64,000 nt of DNA from NCBI GenBank assembly GCA_965237675.1, contig OZ250150.1, positions 2,304,001 to 2,368,000 on the forward strand, read 5' to 3'. Origin of the DNA: Candidatus Latescibacterota bacterium. GTDB lineage: Bacteria > Latescibacterota > UBA2968 > GCA-2709665. Shown piece after piece: positions 59,605 to 64,000 of the stretch. A model generated the notes under the pieces. The model did not search any database. It was not told where the DNA came from and saw only the letters and a program-made list of their open reading frames with translations. Each line of letters starts with the position of its first letter. Position 1 is the first letter of the stretch. The translations under genes were made by a program, and so were the position numbers.

Positions 59605-60225
59605 CCAACAGTGAGTAGCCCACGCGCACGGCATATCGTGACCGTTGAAATCGTGGTACTCATGCCATAGACGTCCCAGTACTGGCAGATCGCACCCTGC
59701 CGGGCCTGGTGACAGAGGACCTCCTCCATCTGCTCAAAGCGCAACCTGCCGTCCCCGCTTGGCTTGATTTCGGCCCTCTGGAACCAGCTGCGGCGCAGTT
59801 CTCGAGCAAGCCGCAGGACAGCGGACCGGCTGCCGGATCGTGGATGCGGAAGGGAAACCCGAAGTGCTGCAAAGCCACCCGCACGGGTTGATCCACGATG
59901 CTCGTGCCTGTATAACTGCCCCGGCTGTCCACCAGTACCAACAGGGCCAGGTTCCCCCCGCTCTCACGGCGGGGGCGTTGTACCATTCTACGCGGTGAAA
60001 ATCCCATCAGACGACCGTGACAGATATTTTCCATCCACTTTACGTTGTAAGTCGCTCGGAAAACAACCCTTTGGCACGTACCCGTGTCCAACTGCTCTTC
60101 AGATTCGTGGCGCCATATTCAGAACGACCTGTTACCGAGTAGGGGTCACGCTGGTAGACAACATACCACACAAGTCTTTCAGCGCAATTGATTTCACCAT
60201 CAGGGGCGTTTCAGAGGGTGTATGG
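59605..60225 (-). pseudogene. Fused relic: upstream region and 5' end of the 48367-50067 gene joined to the 3' end of the C45 gene
   Basis: 59605-59770 matches 47228-47395 and 59785-60225 matches about 49895-50335, implying a deletion of about 2.5 kb. Confidence 0.85.
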
Positions 60226-60446
60226 CAACTGGCTAGACACCATCCCCCCACCGGCACGCCTGGGGGCAGGCGCCCCCTGCCTTGCCGGCTCCCCCTACAA
60301 GGGGGGAGTGATGGGCACAGTTGACGGCAGTATGCCCTCGGTCCGGCGGGATGTCGACGCGCGGTTGCTCTTTTCGCAAACTAACAATTTGCGATACGAT
60401 CGATGTCTCGGCGACGAGGGCGTTAAGTAGGCCGTATGTATCTTAG

Positions 60447-61076
60447 CTAGGGTTCATTCAAAACGCGTTGGATGCCCTGTGCGCCGATGCGGCCGGGGCG
60501 GAGGATTTCGGGACTCCGGCCTGAGACGTCAACGAGGGTGGAGGGGCGGGGATCCGAGGACTCGCCTCCGTCGAGGATAAGATCGACATCGTGGCCGAGG
60601 ACGTCGGCGGCTTGTCGGGCGCTCCGGGCGGGCGGCTGGCCGGAAAGGTTGGCGCTGGTACTGGTGATTGGGCCGGCCACGTGGTGCAGCAACGCACGGG
60701 CGACCGGCGCGTCGGACACGCGGAGGGCAATGGTAGACTCGGATCCCGGCAGGTGCCCCGGAAGGCCGGGCGCCGCGGGAAACACGAGGGTGAGCGGTCC
60801 GGGCCAGAATTTCTCTATCAGGATTTCTGCGGCCTGTGGAATGTCGGCAACAAGCGCGTCCAGGTCCTGCCTGCCCCGGATGAGCAGAATGAGGCCCTTT
60901 TCCGTTTCCCGGCCCTTGAGGCTGAAGATTCGGTCGAAAGCGGACGGGTTGAAAGGGTCGGCACCCAGGCCATAGACAGTCTCGGTAGGATAGACAACGA
61001 CGCCGCCCGATCGGATCCGATCGGCAGCCTGAACAATGCCGGGCTCATCTGCCTTCAAGACGGGCGCCCGTTCCAT
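60447..61076 (-). CDS. tsaC: L-threonylcarbamoyladenylate synthase (Sua5/YrdC)
   Basis: YPTETVYGL, KGR, WPGPLT, STSANLSG and PST..D motifs. Confidence 0.93.
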   Translation of the reverse strand: MERAPVLKADEPGIVQAADRIRSGGVVVYPTETVYGLGADPFNPSAFDRIFSLKGRETEKGLILLIRGRQDLDALVADIPQAAEILIEKFWPGPLTLVFPAAPGLPGHLPGSESTIALRVSDAPVARALLHHVAGPITSTSANLSGQPPARSARQAADVLGHDVDLILDGGESSDPRPSTLVDVSGRSPEILRPGRIGAQGIQRVLNEP

Positions 61077-61078
61077 TG

Positions 61079-64000
61079 TCAGAAACGGCTTCCCGGCCGG
61101 AAACGGACCGATGGCGGGGTTTTTTCGAAGGCGGCGACAAAGGCGATGAAATCCCCGAATCCGACCGTTCCGTTGCCGTCGAGGTCGAAGCGGGCGTCGG
61201 TGGAGCCGAAGCCCTGCGCAAAGAGCACGAAGTCGGCAAAGTCAATCACGCCGTCGCTGTTGAAGTCGGCGTCGCCGGAGGGGACTTCGGGCGGCGGCGG
61301 CGGTGGCGGCGGGTCCGGCGGGGGCTCGCGTTGGTATTCATTGGGAAAGTTGACGGTAAGTTGGAGGATGCGGTGGTTGTTCGTGTCGGCAACGTAGATC
61401 CTTCCGTCCGGACCGGTAGCAACGCCCGATGGCGCATTCAGCCTCGTCTCGGTACCGGCGCCCGCGGCCTGATTGAATCCGGGTAACCCGGTGCCCGCCA
61501 CCGTCTGGATGATGCCCAGGTGCAGGTCGAGAACCCGTATCCGATGGTTCCCGGTGTCCGCAACGTAAAGATATCCGTCGTCGTCAACGGCAACGCCCTC
61601 GGGGCCGTTCAGCGCGGCCGTGGCGCCAGGCCCTCCGTCGCCCGAATAACCGGCCTCTCCGGTTCCGGCCACGGTGGAAATGATGCCTTCTGTGTCCACC
61701 ATGCGGATGCGATGGTTTCCGGTATCGGCGATGAACACTCGGCCCCGGCCGTCTGCGGCAACACCCTGTGGCGTGTTCAGCGCGGCCAGGGTGGCCAGGT
61801 CGCCGTCACCCGAAAAACCGTCCTGAAAGCTGCCCGCAAAGGTGGAAATGATGCCGTTGGCGTCTACCTTTCGAACCCGGTGGTTGAAGCGTTCGGTAAT
61901 CCAGACGTTCCCGCTTGCGTCGGCCGCCGTGCCGACGGGGCCGGACAGGTTCGCATCTACCGCCGCGCGACCGTCACCGCCATAACCGGGGATGTCCCTG
62001 CCGGCGAAGGCGAGGATGTTCTCGTTTGAAAGGTCGAGACGGCGTACGATATGGCCGCTCTGTTCGCCGATAATGAGATCCCCGCCCGGCGTCAGCGCGA
62101 GTCCCCGGGGGTCTCCGAGGCTGGCATCGGCGGCCGGGCCGCCGGTGCCGGTTGGGATGCCGATTCCATTCCCGGCGATGGTGTTAATCGATCCATCGAC
62201 ATTGACCCTTCGCACCCGGTTGTTTCCCGAATCGGAAATGTAAATGGCGCCGGTCGTCTCGACTGCGACACCTCGTGGGGCGTTCAGGAACGCCTGGTCG
62301 GCGGGGCCGCCGTCCCCTCCGAAACTGGCCCGGCTCCCACCGGTACCGGCAAGCGTGCGTATAGGGGTATGTTCGGATCCAACGGGCGGCAGCAGGCTTA
62401 TCGTGATCTGTCCGGGCGAGAGGCCCTGAAACCGTGCCGAGGCGAAGACATCACCCGGAGTCGTCCCGGCCTGAAAAAGGATGGATGCAAGCCCGTCCCG
62501 CACCAGAGCCGTATCGCCGTCCACGAAGGCGCCGTCGCCGGACGCGACGTCGAAAACCAGGCGACGGTTATTGATGAGCGAGACTTCGTCCCTGCCGTCC
62601 AGGATGCGGGCTCGAATTTCGGTCTGCGCCTCTCCGTTGGCCACCAGAGCGGTGGCGTTGGCATCCAGCACGATCCGCTCCGGTGGGGGCGGCGCGGTTT
62701 CGGTCAGCTCCAACACCGTATTTGCGGCGATGTCATAGACCCGCTGCGCGATGCCTGAAGGCCATCGAACCGTGAGGGTGTCGACTCGCTCGGCGTCACC
62801 CAGGCCGAACGTGGCGGTGAGGGCGTCTTGCGAGAGATAGGATGCGCCACCGGTGATTTCGCGAATCGCCCGGTTTCCGCCGAAGGCGATCTCGAATCGG
62901 GTGCCGATGGCGTCCGGACTGCTTCGCGTGGCGTCCGGGCGAATGGCGAGCCAGTTTCCATTGGATTCCTGGTTGTGGAAGAGATGGTCGGCGCCGTCTT
63001 GCACGGCCACGAAAATATCCAACCCGCCGTCGCCGTTGAAGTCCGCCAGGGCCACGCCTCGGCTGTTGGTGCCGCCGGCCACGCGGAAGGAGTCGGCCAG
63101 GTCGGTGAATGTGTCGCCGTCGTTAAGGAAGAGGTTGTTCTTCTGTCCCGCATTGGAGACGTAGAGATCCAGATCGCCGTCGTTATCGAAATCACCCCAG
63201 ACGGCGCCCCTGCTGTCCACCGTGTCCGGGCCCGTCACGTTGAAGCTCCCGCTGGATTCCTGAAACTGGCCGGCGGTATTGACGTAGAGGCGGTTGCCTT
63301 CGCCGAAGTATGTCACGTACAGATCCAGGTCCTTGTCGTTGTCGAAATCGCCCCAACTTGCGCCGAAACTGGGGCCGCCCAGTCCGAGTTCCTCCAGGCC
63401 GGCTTCCGGCGTCGCATCGACAAAAGTGCCGTTTTCGTTCCGGAAGAGCCGATTGGGCCCGCTGTTTGCGAGAAAGAGATCCGGGTCCCCATCGTCGTCG
63501 TAGTCCGCCCACGCCGGCTGCAGGCTGCTGTTGGCGTCGTCCAGACCCGCCTCCGCGGCAGCCTCGACGAAGCGGCCCCCGTCATTGAGATAGAAACGGT
63601 TTTCGCCGAAGTTGGCCACGTAGAGGTCGGGGTCGCCGTCCCCTTCCACGTCAGCCCAGGCCGCGCCGTACCCGTCTCCGCCGTCGTCCACGCCAACCAC
63701 GGCGCCAATTTCGGTGAAGCGGCTTCCGTCGTTCCGGTAGAGCCGGTTGGCCTGCCCGAAGTTGGTGACGTAGAGATCCAGGTCGCCGTCACCGTCGAAA
63801 TCCGCCCAGGCCGCGGCGCTGCCGTCGCCGTCGTCCGCCACGCCGACTTGGGCAGCAACTTCTGTAAAGCCGTCGCCGTCATTCCGGTAGAGCAGATTGG
63901 ACTGCAGGCTGCGCACCACGTAGAGGTCGGGGTCGTCGTCGTTGTCGTAGTCCGCCCAGGCGGCGCCGAAACCTGCGCCCTGATCAGCCATACCCCGGTC
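61079..64000 (-). CDS. FG-GAP/CRTAC1 (ASPIC-UnbV) + Ig-like + NHL repeat + dockerin protein, 5' end outside the window
   Basis: WADYDNDDDPDLYV repeats, FGLG..VRWPSG, ADTGNHRIR NHL repeats, Pro linker and DFNSDGVIDFADFVLF. Confidence 0.85.
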   Translation of the reverse strand, partial: DRGMADQGAGFGAAWADYDNDDDPDLYVVRSLQSNLLYRNDGDGFTEVAAQVGVADDGDGSAAAWADFDGDGDLDLYVTNFGQANRLYRNDGSRFTEIGAVVGVDDGGDGYGAAWADVEGDGDPDLYVANFGENRFYLNDGGRFVEAAAEAGLDDANSSLQPAWADYDDDGDPDLFLANSGPNRLFRNENGTFVDATPEAGLEELGLGGPSFGASWGDFDNDKDLDLYVTYFGEGNRLYVNTAGQFQESSGSFNVTGPDTVDSRGAVWGDFDNDGDLDLYVSNAGQKNNLFLNDGDTFTDLADSFRVAGGTNSRGVALADFNGDGGLDIFVAVQDGADHLFHNQESNGNWLAIRPDATRSSPDAIGTRFEIAFGGNRAIREITGGASYLSQDALTATFGLGDAERVDTLTVRWPSGIAQRVYDIAANTVLELTETAPPPPERIVLDANATALVANGEAQTEIRARILDGRDEVSLINNRRLVFDVASGDGAFVDGDTALVRDGLASILFQAGTTPGDVFASARFQGLSPGQITISLLPPVGSEHTPIRTLAGTGGSRASFGGDGGPADQAFLNAPRGVAVETTGAIYISDSGNNRVRRVNVDGSINTIAGNGIGIPTGTGGPAADASLGDPRGLALTPGGDLIIGEQSGHIVRRLDLSNENILAFAGRDIPGYGGDGRAAVDANLSGPVGTAADASGNVWITERFNHRVRKVDANGIISTFAGSFQDGFSGDGDLATLAALNTPQGVAADGRGRVFIADTGNHRIRMVDTEGIISTVAGTGEAGYSGDGGPGATAALNGPEGVAVDDDGYLYVADTGNHRIRVLDLHLGIIQTVAGTGLPGFNQAAGAGTETRLNAPSGVATGPDGRIYVADTNNHRILQLTVNFPNEYQREPPPDPPPPPPPPEVPSGDADFNSDGVIDFADFVLFAQGFGSTDARFDLDGNGTVGFGDFIAFVAAFEKTPPSVRFRPGSRF

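Overview
High-GC bacterial window with no rRNA, tRNA or CRISPR array. The DUF6785-type membrane protein, dockerin-tagged secreted proteins and LRR/WD40/NHL/FG-GAP repeat proteins suggest a Latescibacterota/Poribacteria/Gemmatimonadota-like, possibly sponge-associated organism (inference). Layout: (1) 0.7-8.0 kb, a catabolic operon (C45 Ntn-hydrolase, GH42-like protein, DUF6785 membrane protein, cyclase-family protein, beta-propeller). (2) 8.1-14.0 kb, an accessory patch with a HicA relic, a RelE/HigB toxin split by a 1,813-bp IS with a 6-bp target duplication, an intact HTH antitoxin and REP-type repeats. (3) 14-24 kb, uppP, phosphatases, an APC-USP permease and oxidoreductases. (4) 24.3-35.9 kb, a FadR-type regulator with its operator, divergent from a cobalamin methyl-transfer operon (MtaA/CmuA-family methyltransferase, corrinoid protein, ASKHA/RamA activator, MetF-MetV fusion, pterin-binding methyltransferase, homocysteine methyltransferase, 'virulence factor' protein, two unknown Cys/His proteins), whose spacers hold CTAG-targeted MITEs. 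(5) 36-43.8 kb, GHMP kinase, LbH protein, IMPase, nagA and recD2. (6) 44-60.2 kb, an apparent three-unit tandem array. Each unit carries a different secreted dockerin-bearing repeat protein (two with constant frames around variable VLR-like LRRs, one metzincin-WD40) between relics of the same flanking genes. (7) tsaC/sua5 and an FG-GAP/NHL/dockerin protein cut by the window edge. All calls come from reading motifs by eye; no database searches were run.
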